64,000 nucleotides of DNA. It comes from Chloroflexota bacterium (GTDB lineage: Bacteria > Chloroflexota > Dehalococcoidia > UBA2979). This document shows positions 1-9,805 of this stretch, piece after piece. Each line of letters opens with the position of its first letter. Within the stretch, counting starts at the first letter, position 1. Where the stretch lies: the NCBI GenBank assembly GCA_003228125.1, contig QGNP01000001.1, forward strand, positions 67,524 to 131,523. Reading direction: 5' to 3'. The translations under genes were made by a program, and so were the position numbers. The notes below the pieces were generated by a model. It saw only the letters and a program-made list of their open reading frames with translations. It was not told the origin of the DNA and did not search any database.

Positions 1-542
1 TGATCGATGTATTAGGAATTACTAATCCTGTTATTTTCGGTCATTCTATGGGTGGCGCTATTGCTATCTATTTAGCAAATATATTAGGAAAAAATGCAAA
101 GGGCCTAGTGATGGTGGATGGATCATTAAATATTGTTGAACATGAAACACAACTTAATAACAATCAACGAATTAGTAGTTTTAAAAAAAATAATTATGCA
201 CAAGAGATTGAAAAAAGATACAGTAATTTTTTCTCTCATATGAAAAATAATACTTTAGGTAAAAGAATAATCTCAGATGCTGTTAAAACACCAGAGCACG
301 TTGCTTACGGTTCGTTACTCGCATTATACAGAGATGATGTTATGTCCGCTGGCAGCGCTATTAATATTCCTGCTTTATACATTGCGAATGCATATAGTCC
401 GCGTAGTGCAAATGAAGTAAAGACATTTGTTCCGAATAGTACATTTGCCCAAGTAGTACAAGCTGGTCATTTTTTGCATTTAGAAGACATAGAACAATCA
501 AATGCCATGCTTAATACATTTGTAAACAACGTTTCAAATTAG
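1..542 (+). CDS. alpha/beta-fold hydrolase, 5'-partial (starts upstream of window)
   Basis: Reading frame is open from position 1. 'FGHSMGG' is the GxSxG nucleophile elbow, followed by a ...DG... acid and a C-terminal H (…QAGHFLHLE), consistent with the Ser-Asp-His triad of alpha/beta hydrolases. Confidence 0.6.
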   Translation, partial: IDVLGITNPVIFGHSMGGAIAIYLANILGKNAKGLVMVDGSLNIVEHETQLNNNQRISSFKKNNYAQEIEKRYSNFFSHMKNNTLGKRIISDAVKTPEHVAYGSLLALYRDDVMSAGSAINIPALYIANAYSPRSANEVKTFVPNSTFAQVVQAGHFLHLEDIEQSNAMLNTFVNNVSN

Positions 543-2056
543 TTTTTGTTAAAATGGTTAATGATGCTTACTAATTCATCTATTTGAGTTATAGTAATAT
601 TTTTTTTTATCTCTTGTAGGTACCTAGCATCATTATTAAATTGCGCGTAACTTATATCACTAAATGAAAAATCATATCCAGGTATATTTGTATTATTTTT
701 TTTTATATTGTCGATAAAAATAAAATTATCTCCAGTTTTACCACTTTTATGCAACTGCCCAACTGAGTGCAAATATCGCGGTGCATACTGGATATTGACA
801 GGCACTTTCAATATTGTTTCTAATTGTTTTTTTTTCTTGATAAGCTTTTTAATATAGTTGTTATCTTTTTGACCAAAGGAAAGTATGTGCAAGCAAGTAC
901 CAATTGTTTTTACTTTCTGTAAGAATTCATAATTTAAGTTATCGAAATTGTTATTTTTTTTAACTTTACTAATGTTTGTTGGATTAATTTTAACTTTTTC
1001 AACATCTGGTTGATTGAAAGGATTAATTTGTAATAATTGTCCACTATATGCAATGGCTATTTGCCACATGTATATTTGACTACCAATATTCATTTCACTA
1101 TTTAATGACAATGTAAGTTTTGGACAGTTAAATTTTTTAGAAGTGTTTTTTACGTAATTTATTACAATTGAATTTTTATAGTTGATATTTTTTATATCTG
1201 AATCAAAATATATTAAAGGAGTAATTCCTAGACTATTTTTTCCCAGTGACTCAGCAATCATTTGCTCAATCCATTTTCCAAAAAATAATAATTTTTCTGG
1301 AATAATAATAATTACATTTTGTATATTTTTATTTATTGCACTTGCTAAATATCTTCCTAATGCAATTGAATCGTGTGAATTGGGAGTATTTACATAAGTT
1401 TTTTTTATATTCTGAACATTCTGCATTATTTCTTTTACATTAATATTCATAAGTAATGCCGGAACAATTCCTAAGTAGGACAATGATGCAAATCGACCTC
1501 CAATATTTTTTGGACATTCAAAAATTCGAAGAAAATTGTTATTGATAGCAAAATCATACAAAGTCGACTTTGATTCGGTTATGGCAATATAGTTTTTTCC
1601 GTTTGGGAAAAATTTCCAAAAGAAAGATAATTGACTGAGAGTTTCAATAGTATTTCCAGACTTACTCATTATAACAAATAAAGTTTTATCAATGTCAATA
1701 TTTCTAGAAATACTATCTAGCTCACATGCATCAATATTATCAAGTATCTTGAATTTACTTTGTGCAGATTTTGGCAAAAAATGCAATAATATTTCTGCAG
1801 TAATTGTAGCTCCACCAATGCCTAAAAATAATATTTTAGAAAAGATTTGAATTTTTTCTCTGTTTATAAATTGTTCAATTTCATTAATAATTTTTTGGTT
1901 ATTTGGAGCATAAAACCATCCTATATCTTTAATAGTTTTGTTATCTTGCTTGCCCCATATTGCTGTAAAATTATTTTGTGACAAGCATGCATCAGTTATC
2001 AATGAATCTGTTGATTGTTTTTGAATGAGCTGTTCAGCTTGTTTATTTTTTATCAT
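539..2056 (-). CDS. pgi: glucose-6-phosphate isomerase
   Basis: 505 aa. Carries the PGI signature 'MSKSGNTIETL' (SKSGxTxET) and the PGI sugar-isomerase domain architecture. Last gene of a tkt-tal-pgi co-directional array. Confidence 0.8.
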   Translation of the reverse strand: MIKNKQAEQLIQKQSTDSLITDACLSQNNFTAIWGKQDNKTIKDIGWFYAPNNQKIINEIEQFINREKIQIFSKILFLGIGGATITAEILLHFLPKSAQSKFKILDNIDACELDSISRNIDIDKTLFVIMSKSGNTIETLSQLSFFWKFFPNGKNYIAITESKSTLYDFAINNNFLRIFECPKNIGGRFASLSYLGIVPALLMNINVKEIMQNVQNIKKTYVNTPNSHDSIALGRYLASAINKNIQNVIIIIPEKLLFFGKWIEQMIAESLGKNSLGITPLIYFDSDIKNINYKNSIVINYVKNTSKKFNCPKLTLSLNSEMNIGSQIYMWQIAIAYSGQLLQINPFNQPDVEKVKINPTNISKVKKNNNFDNLNYEFLQKVKTIGTCLHILSFGQKDNNYIKKLIKKKKQLETILKVPVNIQYAPRYLHSVGQLHKSGKTGDNFIFIDNIKKNNTNIPGYDFSFSDISYAQFNNDARYLQEIKKNITITQIDELVSIINHFNKN

Positions 2057-2073
2057 TAAATACCTTGCTCTAA

Positions 2074-3150
2074 TTATTTAGTATAATTTGCAATGCTTTT
2101 CATAAGTGAATTGAAGTCGTTTTCGAATGCGGTTAATCCATCTTTCAATAATTTTGTAGTGATTAAATCTAATGAAATACCCTCATTCTTAAGTTTTACA
2201 AGCGTCTCTATTGCCTCGATCATTTTTTGTTCATCAATGATATTTGGTGCTTGACCATGATCGAAAAATGCATGTAATGTTTTTTCAGGAATTGTGTTAA
2301 CAGTTTGGCTTGCAAAGAGTTCTTGTACATACAAAATATCTGAATAATTTGGGTTTTTTGTACTTGTTGATGCCCAAAGTGGCCTTTGTGCCATCGCGCC
2401 TTTATGCACAAGCTTTCCCCATCTATTTCCTGAAAATAAGCCCGTAAATTCTTTATATGCTTTTGTAGCATTAGCAATTGCTATTTTTCCTTTTAAATCA
2501 GCATTGTCATGCATTTGGTCAGTAACAGTGTCAATTCTTGAAATAAAAAATGATGCGACACTAGCTACATGATCAATTGGATTCTTATTTTTGTCACGTT
2601 TTTCGAGAGCATCAATATACGTTTTTGCAAATTTAACATAAATATTACAATCAAAGAGCAGCGTAATATTAACATTAATGCCTGAGATAATTAAATCTGA
2701 AAAAATATTTAATCCACTTTCTGTTCCAGGTACCTTGATCATTATATTGGGCATATTAATTTTGTTAAATATTTTTTTTGCTTCACTGATTGAAGCTTCG
2801 ACATTATTAGCAATGCTTGGAGGCAGCTCAATTGATACGTATCCATCTTTCTTATTTGTTGATTCATATACAGGCATAAATAATGAAGCTGCATCTTTTA
2901 TATCTTGTGTTGCTATTTCAATAAAAGCTAAATAAGGGTCAGTAATTTTTTTTTGTTTAAGTAATTGTAATTCTTCTGCATAATAGCTTGTTTTAGTAAT
3001 AGCATGCAGGAAAATACTTGGATTTGATGTTAATCCATTGAGACCAAAATTAGTAATGTATTTTGCTAGGGTACCTGAGCTAATTAACTGCCTATCTATG
3101 TAATCTAACCAAAAGCTTTGACCAGATTTAGAAATAAGTTTTTGATCCAA
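2074..3150 (-). CDS. tal: transaldolase (long actinobacterial/Gram-positive type)
   Basis: 358 aa. N-terminus 'GQSFWLDYIDRQLISSGTLAKYI…GLTSNPSIF' matches the transaldolase family. Sits between tkt and pgi. Confidence 0.8.
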   Translation of the reverse strand: MDQKLISKSGQSFWLDYIDRQLISSGTLAKYITNFGLNGLTSNPSIFLHAITKTSYYAEELQLLKQKKITDPYLAFIEIATQDIKDAASLFMPVYESTNKKDGYVSIELPPSIANNVEASISEAKKIFNKINMPNIMIKVPGTESGLNIFSDLIISGINVNITLLFDCNIYVKFAKTYIDALEKRDKNKNPIDHVASVASFFISRIDTVTDQMHDNADLKGKIAIANATKAYKEFTGLFSGNRWGKLVHKGAMAQRPLWASTSTKNPNYSDILYVQELFASQTVNTIPEKTLHAFFDHGQAPNIIDEQKMIEAIETLVKLKNEGISLDLITTKLLKDGLTAFENDFNSLMKSIANYTK

Positions 3151-3162
3151 AATGGCTCCTTT

Positions 3163-5160
3163 TTAATTTTTGTTAAGCAATGATAGTATTTTTTTTATTA
3201 AATTATCTTTTGTAAAACCAAAATGAGAAAATAATTCTTCAGCTGGAGCCGAAGCTCCAAAATTATTTATAGAAATAATATTGCTATCATCTTGTACGTA
3301 TTTATGCCAACCAAAACTAGATCCAGCCTCTATGGCTATTCTTGTTTTAATGCTATTAGGAATGATTGATTGCTTATACTCGAAAGATTGTTCTTCAAAT
3401 AATTCCCAACTAGGCATACTAATTACTCTAGCTCCAATATTGGTTTTAGACAGCTCTTTACTTGCTTCAACTGCTAATTGTACTTCTGAGCCAGTTGCTA
3501 ATAATATTATTTCTGGATCGGCCGAGTCTAAAATTATGTAAGCACCTTTAGATACACCTTTAGCGGCTTGTTTTTGGGAACTTATTGTCTTAACTTTTTG
3601 CCTAGTTAAAATGATAGCAGAAGGTTTATTTCTTCTAAAAATCTCTTGCCAAGATGCAATTGTTTCATTTGCATCGGCTGGTCTGTATACTTCAAGCCTA
3701 GGAATAGCTCTTAAAGATGCTAAATGTTCAATAGGCTGATGAGTCGGACCATCTTCACCTAGTCCAATACTATCATGAGTAAATATAAATTTTGCGGGAA
3801 TATTTTGTAAGGCTGCTAAACGTATAGCTGGTTTCATATAGTCAGAAAAAACTAAAAAAGTTCCAGTAAATGCATGCATGCCTTTATGAAGGTATATACC
3901 ATTAATAATATTACCCATTGCATGTTCTCTGACTCCAAAATGTATATTATTTCCAGAATGCGTATTAGATGAAAAGTCTTTTTTATTTTTTAAATGGGTA
4001 TTATTGGAAGGTCCTAAATCTGCAGAACCACCAATTAAGTTGATTAAATTATCAGAAGCAAAATTTAAGAAATCTCCAGAAGCTGATCTTGTTGCAATCC
4101 TATCTTCCTTGTTATAAACTGGCGCACTATCAATCCAATCTAAATCTTGTTTATTTTTAAAAACATTCGACCATTGATGAAAGATTGCAGGGTATTTTTT
4201 TTCAAATTGTAGTAATTGCTCGTTCCATTTTTTTTCATTTTCTTTACCTTTTTTTATAGTTATTTCAAAATGTTTTTTTACTTCATCAGGAACATAAAAA
4301 GATTCTGCATAATTCCAATTTAGATTCTCTTTTGTTAACTCCACCTCTTCTTTACCTAGAGGAGCACCATGGGAAGCTGCTGTTCCAGCTTTATTGGGGC
4401 TGCCCTCAGCTATTATTGTAGGCACTACAATAATTGATGGTTTTTTATTTTCTAACTGTGCAATTTTTATTGCTGTTGTTATTTCATTAATATTGTTTCC
4501 ATCATTAATTTTGATAACATGCCAATTATATGACTTAAACCTATCTATTACATTTTCAGTAAATGACAGTTCAGTGCTTCCTTCAATTGAAATTTTATTA
4601 TCATCATAGAGATAAATAATTTTACCTAATTGCAAAGTGCCTGCTAGCGACGCTGCTTCTGAAGCAACTCCTTCCATGAGGTCTCCATCACTAACAATGC
4701 CATATGTATAGTGATCTATAATCTTATTATCATCTTGATTAATATTATTTGATAAAAAAGCTTCAGCAATAGCCATGCCTATGCCCATTGCAAAGCCAGC
4801 ACCTAATGGGCCTGTGGTTAGTTCAACTCCTGGAGTCATACCATATTCTGGATGGCCAGGAGTATTGCTATTAAATTGTCGAAAATTTTTGAGATCGTTA
4901 ATAGTTACCTTGTATCCACTAAGATGCAGAATTGAATAAAGTAACATTGATGCATGGCCAGGTGATAAAATAAATCTATCTCTGTTTATCCACGAAGGAT
5001 TATGAGGATTATGATTTAATATATGAAACCATAATGCATATGCCATTGCAGCAGCTCCCATTGGCGCACCTGGATGACCGGAATTTGCTTTTTGTACTGC
5101 ATCCATAGAAAGAGTTCTAATAGTGTTTATGGTGAGATTGTCTAATTGACTATTGTTCAT
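3163..5160 (-). CDS. tkt: transketolase
   Basis: 665 aa. Has 'ANSGHPGAPMGAAAMAYALW' (TPP-binding N-terminus) and the 'GEDGPTHQP' motif. Full-length TK with C-terminal domain. Confidence 0.95.
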   Translation of the reverse strand: MNNSQLDNLTINTIRTLSMDAVQKANSGHPGAPMGAAAMAYALWFHILNHNPHNPSWINRDRFILSPGHASMLLYSILHLSGYKVTINDLKNFRQFNSNTPGHPEYGMTPGVELTTGPLGAGFAMGIGMAIAEAFLSNNINQDDNKIIDHYTYGIVSDGDLMEGVASEAASLAGTLQLGKIIYLYDDNKISIEGSTELSFTENVIDRFKSYNWHVIKINDGNNINEITTAIKIAQLENKKPSIIVVPTIIAEGSPNKAGTAASHGAPLGKEEVELTKENLNWNYAESFYVPDEVKKHFEITIKKGKENEKKWNEQLLQFEKKYPAIFHQWSNVFKNKQDLDWIDSAPVYNKEDRIATRSASGDFLNFASDNLINLIGGSADLGPSNNTHLKNKKDFSSNTHSGNNIHFGVREHAMGNIINGIYLHKGMHAFTGTFLVFSDYMKPAIRLAALQNIPAKFIFTHDSIGLGEDGPTHQPIEHLASLRAIPRLEVYRPADANETIASWQEIFRRNKPSAIILTRQKVKTISSQKQAAKGVSKGAYIILDSADPEIILLATGSEVQLAVEASKELSKTNIGARVISMPSWELFEEQSFEYKQSIIPNSIKTRIAIEAGSSFGWHKYVQDDSNIISINNFGASAPAEELFSHFGFTKDNLIKKILSLLNKN

Positions 5161-5284
5161 TTTTGCTCTTACTTAATTATAAAGAATATTATAACGTAAG
5201 ATTTGACGAGCTGATATTCTTATAATTAAAAATAATTAATTAATAAAGCTTCCATCAGAGATTTCATTTTAGTAGCATGCTTAT

Positions 5285-6589
5285 ATGTCAAAAAATAAAA
5301 TCAATCTTCCCATAACTTACAGTAGACTAGCTAATGGTTTAAGAATTATTATTTCTCAGGATAAATCTGCCCCTATTGCCACAGTTGCTGTATTTTATAA
5401 AGTTGGATTTAGAAGTGAAAATAAAGGCAGAACTGGCTTTGCCCATTTGTTTGAACATTTAATGTTTCAAGGAACAAAGAATATTCCTAAAGACAAGTTT
5501 ATTAGGTTGATTGAAGAAACTGGTGGCATTGTTAACGGGACAACTCAACCAGATTTTACAAATTATTTTGAAACTCTACCTGCTCATTCAGTTGATCTTG
5601 CTCTTTGGATTGAGTTCGAACGTATGATGAATCCACAAATTTCTAATTTAGAATTAAAAAATCAACGAGACGTAGTTAAAAATGAAATTAAAGTGAATGT
5701 ATTAAATAGGCCTTACGGTGGATTTCCGTGGATTGATATGTCAGAAAAAGCATTTAAAAATTGGCATAATTATCATAATGGCTATGGAGATATGAACGAT
5801 TTAAATTCTGCAAGCTTATCAGATGTAAAAGATTTTTATAATGATTATTACAATCCTTCTAATGCAGCAATAGTAGTTATTGGTGACATTGATGCTGAAC
5901 AAACATTAAAGAAAGTTGAATCTTTATTCTCTCAAATTCCAAAAAAAAATCTACCAACTCAATTTGATCTTAATGAGCCTGTGCAAAAAAAAGAACAATT
6001 ACATTATAAGATTGATCTACTCGCTCCAAAACCAGCTGTGTGTATTGCTTATCATATGCCTAAGAGAATGACTGATGATTTTTTTGCACTTGGGTTATTA
6101 GATCAAATGCTAATTCAAGGCGAGGATAGTTTTTTAAGAAAGATCCTGGTCAGAGACAAAGGATTGACTGATGAAATTTTTGGAGGAATTAGTTTTGAAG
6201 GAAATATGTTTACTTCGACTGACCCAATGCTTTGGCATTTCTCATTAATTTACGATGAAATAGCTTCTTCAAAGAAAATTATAAAAATTATTGATGATTC
6301 ATTTGACAAGTTTATTAATAGTAATCAAATTGATAAATTGCTACCAATAGCACGAACAAAGCTGGATGCTTCTTTTTATCACTTATTGCAACAAGGACCA
6401 TATAAAGGCATTGGATTAGCTGAGATGCTTGCAAGTTTTTCATTTTATGATAACGATCCTTTTCTGATAAATTCTTTGCAAGAAAGATTTAATTCAATTG
6501 ATACTGAGAAAATTTATGATGTTTTTCATCAATATATAGTTTCAAAATCTAGAAATATTTTATTCGTTAAGCCTGGAGATACAAAATGA
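5285..6589 (+). CDS. M16 family zinc metallopeptidase (active subunit, inverted zincin HxxEH)
   Basis: 434 aa. 'HLFEHLMFQGT' is the HxxEH motif, followed downstream by the E of the M16 signature. Pairs with the next ORF. Confidence 0.8.
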   Translation: MSKNKINLPITYSRLANGLRIIISQDKSAPIATVAVFYKVGFRSENKGRTGFAHLFEHLMFQGTKNIPKDKFIRLIEETGGIVNGTTQPDFTNYFETLPAHSVDLALWIEFERMMNPQISNLELKNQRDVVKNEIKVNVLNRPYGGFPWIDMSEKAFKNWHNYHNGYGDMNDLNSASLSDVKDFYNDYYNPSNAAIVVIGDIDAEQTLKKVESLFSQIPKKNLPTQFDLNEPVQKKEQLHYKIDLLAPKPAVCIAYHMPKRMTDDFFALGLLDQMLIQGEDSFLRKILVRDKGLTDEIFGGISFEGNMFTSTDPMLWHFSLIYDEIASSKKIIKIIDDSFDKFINSNQIDKLLPIARTKLDASFYHLLQQGPYKGIGLAEMLASFSFYDNDPFLINSLQERFNSIDTEKIYDVFHQYIVSKSRNILFVKPGDTK

Positions 6590-7923
6590 TTCAAGCACCT
6601 AATTTAAATATTTTAACTGATATGAAATTACCAGATATTACTGACATCAAGCTGGATAATGGAGCCAATGTATCCATGATGCAATTTGGCACATTACCTA
6701 TCGTTAATATGCAAATTGTTTTGAATGTAGGATCTATTTCAGAGATGAAAGATAACCAACAATGGTTATCTACATTTTTAGCTAATATGATGAAAGAAGG
6801 CTCAGTTAAGTTACATGGCCAAGAAATAGTTGAAATATTTGCTTCGTATGGTGGATCTATAGATATCAGTGCTAGTGATGATCATTTATTTATTAATATT
6901 AATGTGTTATCAGAATTTATAAATGAAGCTATTAAAATAGTTGCTGATGTTATAAGAAACCCACGTTTTCCTAAATCAGAAGAAAATAGAATAAAAAATG
7001 ACTTGTTAAGAAATTTAGAATTAATGTTAGTTGATCCGCAATCAATTACATCTGCTAGACTTAACAAATTGCTGTTTGGTAACCATCCTTATGGTAGAGA
7101 ATTTCCAGATTCAAATCATTTATCAAAATTTAATAATTTTATGTTAATAGATTTTTATAAAAAATCTATTAAATCTTCTGAATCGAGATTTTATTTAGTT
7201 GGTAATTTTGATTCCAAGAAGGTCATTAAACAGCTTCATGAATCCTTTGGTAATTGGAATTATGGTGAGGGGATTAAGGAATCTGTACCAAAGCTTATGT
7301 TGCCAGGTCAATGGTCTTTAATAAATAGAGAGAATGCACTTCAGTCTACAATTAAAATTGCTGTTAACATTGGTCAATTTAATATTGAAAACTATCATAG
7401 CTTTATTGTTTTAAATGCTTTATTAGGTGGAACTTTTATTTCTAGAATCACAACAAATATTAGAGAAGATAAAGGATATAGCTATTCGCCTATTAGTCAT
7501 TTATCTATCAATAATAATGATTGCTTCTGGATACAATCAGCAGATGTTTCAACAGAAGTTACAACTGATTCTTTAAGTGAAATTTTTTATGAAATTAAAA
7601 AACTATCAAAAAATAAAATTCCTAAACTTGAATTAGATGGAATGATAATGCACTTAGCTGGATTACATTTAATAAGATTTTCTACCCCTAGATCAATTAT
7701 AGGGCAGTTATTCCATGTAGATGAAGTCGGAATCGAACGTACTTTTTATGAGTCATATATATCTTCTTTGAAATCTGTAGATGAAAAGTCAATACAAGAT
7801 CTTATGAATCAGTTTTTTTCCTTAGATGAATTTTATATAGCTATTGCTGGTGATAAGAAAATAATTGATAAAAAAATTCAATCTATGCAAGAATTTATAA
7901 ATCTTAATGAAGTATCATTTTAA
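6586..7923 (+). CDS. M16 family peptidase, non-catalytic partner subunit
   Basis: 445 aa. Peptidase_M16 fold pattern but no HxxEH. Overlaps the upstream M16 gene by ATGA, so probably a heterodimeric M16B pair. Confidence 0.65.
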   Translation: MIQAPNLNILTDMKLPDITDIKLDNGANVSMMQFGTLPIVNMQIVLNVGSISEMKDNQQWLSTFLANMMKEGSVKLHGQEIVEIFASYGGSIDISASDDHLFININVLSEFINEAIKIVADVIRNPRFPKSEENRIKNDLLRNLELMLVDPQSITSARLNKLLFGNHPYGREFPDSNHLSKFNNFMLIDFYKKSIKSSESRFYLVGNFDSKKVIKQLHESFGNWNYGEGIKESVPKLMLPGQWSLINRENALQSTIKIAVNIGQFNIENYHSFIVLNALLGGTFISRITTNIREDKGYSYSPISHLSINNNDCFWIQSADVSTEVTTDSLSEIFYEIKKLSKNKIPKLELDGMIMHLAGLHLIRFSTPRSIIGQLFHVDEVGIERTFYESYISSLKSVDEKSIQDLMNQFFSLDEFYIAIAGDKKIIDKKIQSMQEFINLNEVSF

Positions 7924-8459
7924 CCGCTGTAATGCCATCCAGTATCTATAGAGCTCAATGGGTCATCATAATTTAATATTGTTCCACTTTTAACTTTTCC
8001 TATAATCAATGTATGATCGCCTGTTTCTTGAGAATTAAAAAAATCACATTCTATGTATCCTATTGAATTATTTAAAATTGGCAATCCTTGTTGATTAATA
8101 CTATGATCTATATCTTTCAATTTATTAAGAAGCACATCTTGCTTGTCTTCATTTCTTCCTTTAATTTTAGATACCTTTTTTGGCTGAAGGAATTTTCTAG
8201 CAGCCTCGAGGTTATTTTTTGATAGTATATTTATATTAAAAATCTTATTAGCGAGTATGCTTTCTCTCGTGTAAGAATCTTTTTCAAAAGACACTAAAAT
8301 TAATCGAGGATTGAATGAAATTTGCATTACCCAATCTGCAATCATAAAATTGGGTTGTTTGTCCCTCGTCGAACCTATTGCATAAATACCATATGTAAAT
8401 AAGTCCATAACATCAGAAATATTCTGACTATTAGGAGTTATTTCTTTTGCTTCAAACAT
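7920..8459 (-). CDS. flavin reductase-like (FMN-binding split-barrel) protein
   Basis: 179 aa. Pattern '…FTYGIYAIGS…PNFMIADWVMQISFNPRLILVSF…GDHTLIIGKV' fits the flavin reductase/HpaC-like domain (PPLV.. / GDH..F.G.V). Its stop shares a TTAA with the convergent M16 gene. Confidence 0.5.
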   Translation of the reverse strand: MFEAKEITPNSQNISDVMDLFTYGIYAIGSTRDKQPNFMIADWVMQISFNPRLILVSFEKDSYTRESILANKIFNINILSKNNLEAARKFLQPKKVSKIKGRNEDKQDVLLNKLKDIDHSINQQGLPILNNSIGYIECDFFNSQETGDHTLIIGKVKSGTILNYDDPLSSIDTGWHYSG

Positions 8460-8602
8460 ATTTATTCCTTAGTCTAAGCAAAATCATTATCTATGAAGAT
8501 AAAGTTTTTGAACAGACATTTAGTATTAAATATGATAGATTTTTTGTATGTTAGTTGTTAATAACTTTGTAATTTATAATTGAAATATGTAAAAGGAAAA
8601 AA

Positions 8603-9802
8603 ATGGATCTGAAATTTATTAATTCTATTATTTCAAATAATACCATTAGAATGACATCTGGAACTAATACTGATTGGGGTATGCCAACTAAAAATCAATT
8701 AGTGAGGGAAACAATTACTTTAGGAGGAGGCATTCCTGATCCGTCATTAATTCCTTATACAGAACTTTCTAAAGGATTTGATTATATTAAAAATTATACA
8801 GATGATACTTTTTTCCGATATGGCGGCCCAGTTGGATATGAAATTTTAAGACAAGAATTAGCAAAACATTATTCTTCATCAGCATCAATGTATAATGGAA
8901 ATCAATTTATTCTAACTAATGGTTCTGCTGGTGCAATCGAATTAATTATTAAATCCATTATTGATCCAGATGATGTAATAGTAGTAGAATCTCCAACTTT
9001 TTCTGGATCGCTCAGAACTTTTCGTGGATATCAAGCAAAAATTCTTTCTGTTCCTGTAGATGAATTTGGTATGGATATTGATCAATTAGAAAAGCTTTTA
9101 ATAAATCACAAAAGAAAAATTAAATTAGTATACACAATCTCTAATTTTCATAACCCTTCAGGGGTATCTTTAAGTATGGAAAGAAGAAAGCAATTAATCG
9201 ATTTATCAAAAAAATATCAATTTCTTATTATTGATGACGATGCTTATGGAGAGATTGGATTTAACAATTATAAATATGTACCATTAAGAGACATGGATAG
9301 TCAGGGACATGTTTTGACGGTTGGAACTTTTTCAAAAACGATAGCTACTGGTTTGAGAATTGGTTGGATTTGTACTGATGAAAATTTGGCAAAAAAAATT
9401 CTTGCAAACAGATTTGATATGGGCAATAGTCCGATTCTTCATGGGATTATCGCCCATTTTATTCAATCAGGCGAATATGCAAAACATGTGAAAAAAATAC
9501 AAGGTATTTATTCACGCAAATTAGATGTTTTGCTAGATTCATTAAATGATATCAATGATAATCATATTAAATATTTTAAACCAAATGGTGGCTTCTTTTT
9601 GTGGTTACATTTTAAGAATGCATCTGCAAAAAAAATACAAAATATTGCATTAAAAAATGGTTTGGCATTTCCGCATGGATCTGTTTTTTTCCCTGAGGAT
9701 GAGTATAAAGATTCATACATTAGACTTGCTTTTTCTAAAAATAGTGAAGATGAATTAATTCGAAGTGGAGATATTTTATCTAAAAGTCTATTAGAATTAT
9801 AA
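8603..9802 (+). CDS. PLP-dependent aminotransferase, class I/II fold (2-aminoadipate/MocR-like catalytic domain, no HTH)
   Basis: 399 aa. 'TFSKTIATGLRIGWI' carries the Lys in the SxK context typical of fold-type I aminotransferases. Has the DD…YGE and 'NPSG' motifs. Confidence 0.7.
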   Translation: MDLKFINSIISNNTIRMTSGTNTDWGMPTKNQLVRETITLGGGIPDPSLIPYTELSKGFDYIKNYTDDTFFRYGGPVGYEILRQELAKHYSSSASMYNGNQFILTNGSAGAIELIIKSIIDPDDVIVVESPTFSGSLRTFRGYQAKILSVPVDEFGMDIDQLEKLLINHKRKIKLVYTISNFHNPSGVSLSMERRKQLIDLSKKYQFLIIDDDAYGEIGFNNYKYVPLRDMDSQGHVLTVGTFSKTIATGLRIGWICTDENLAKKILANRFDMGNSPILHGIIAHFIQSGEYAKHVKKIQGIYSRKLDVLLDSLNDINDNHIKYFKPNGGFFLWLHFKNASAKKIQNIALKNGLAFPHGSVFFPEDEYKDSYIRLAFSKNSEDELIRSGDILSKSLLEL

Positions 9803-9805
9803 TGC

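Noticed and set aside
1182-4609. Antisense ORFs inside pgi, tal and tkt (1182–1397, 2220–2477, 2678–2935, 3281–3541, 4394–4609)
   Set aside because: They are entirely contained within strongly supported, full-length conserved enzymes on the opposite strand. They have low-complexity or hydrophobic composition typical of AT-rich antisense frames and no RBS.
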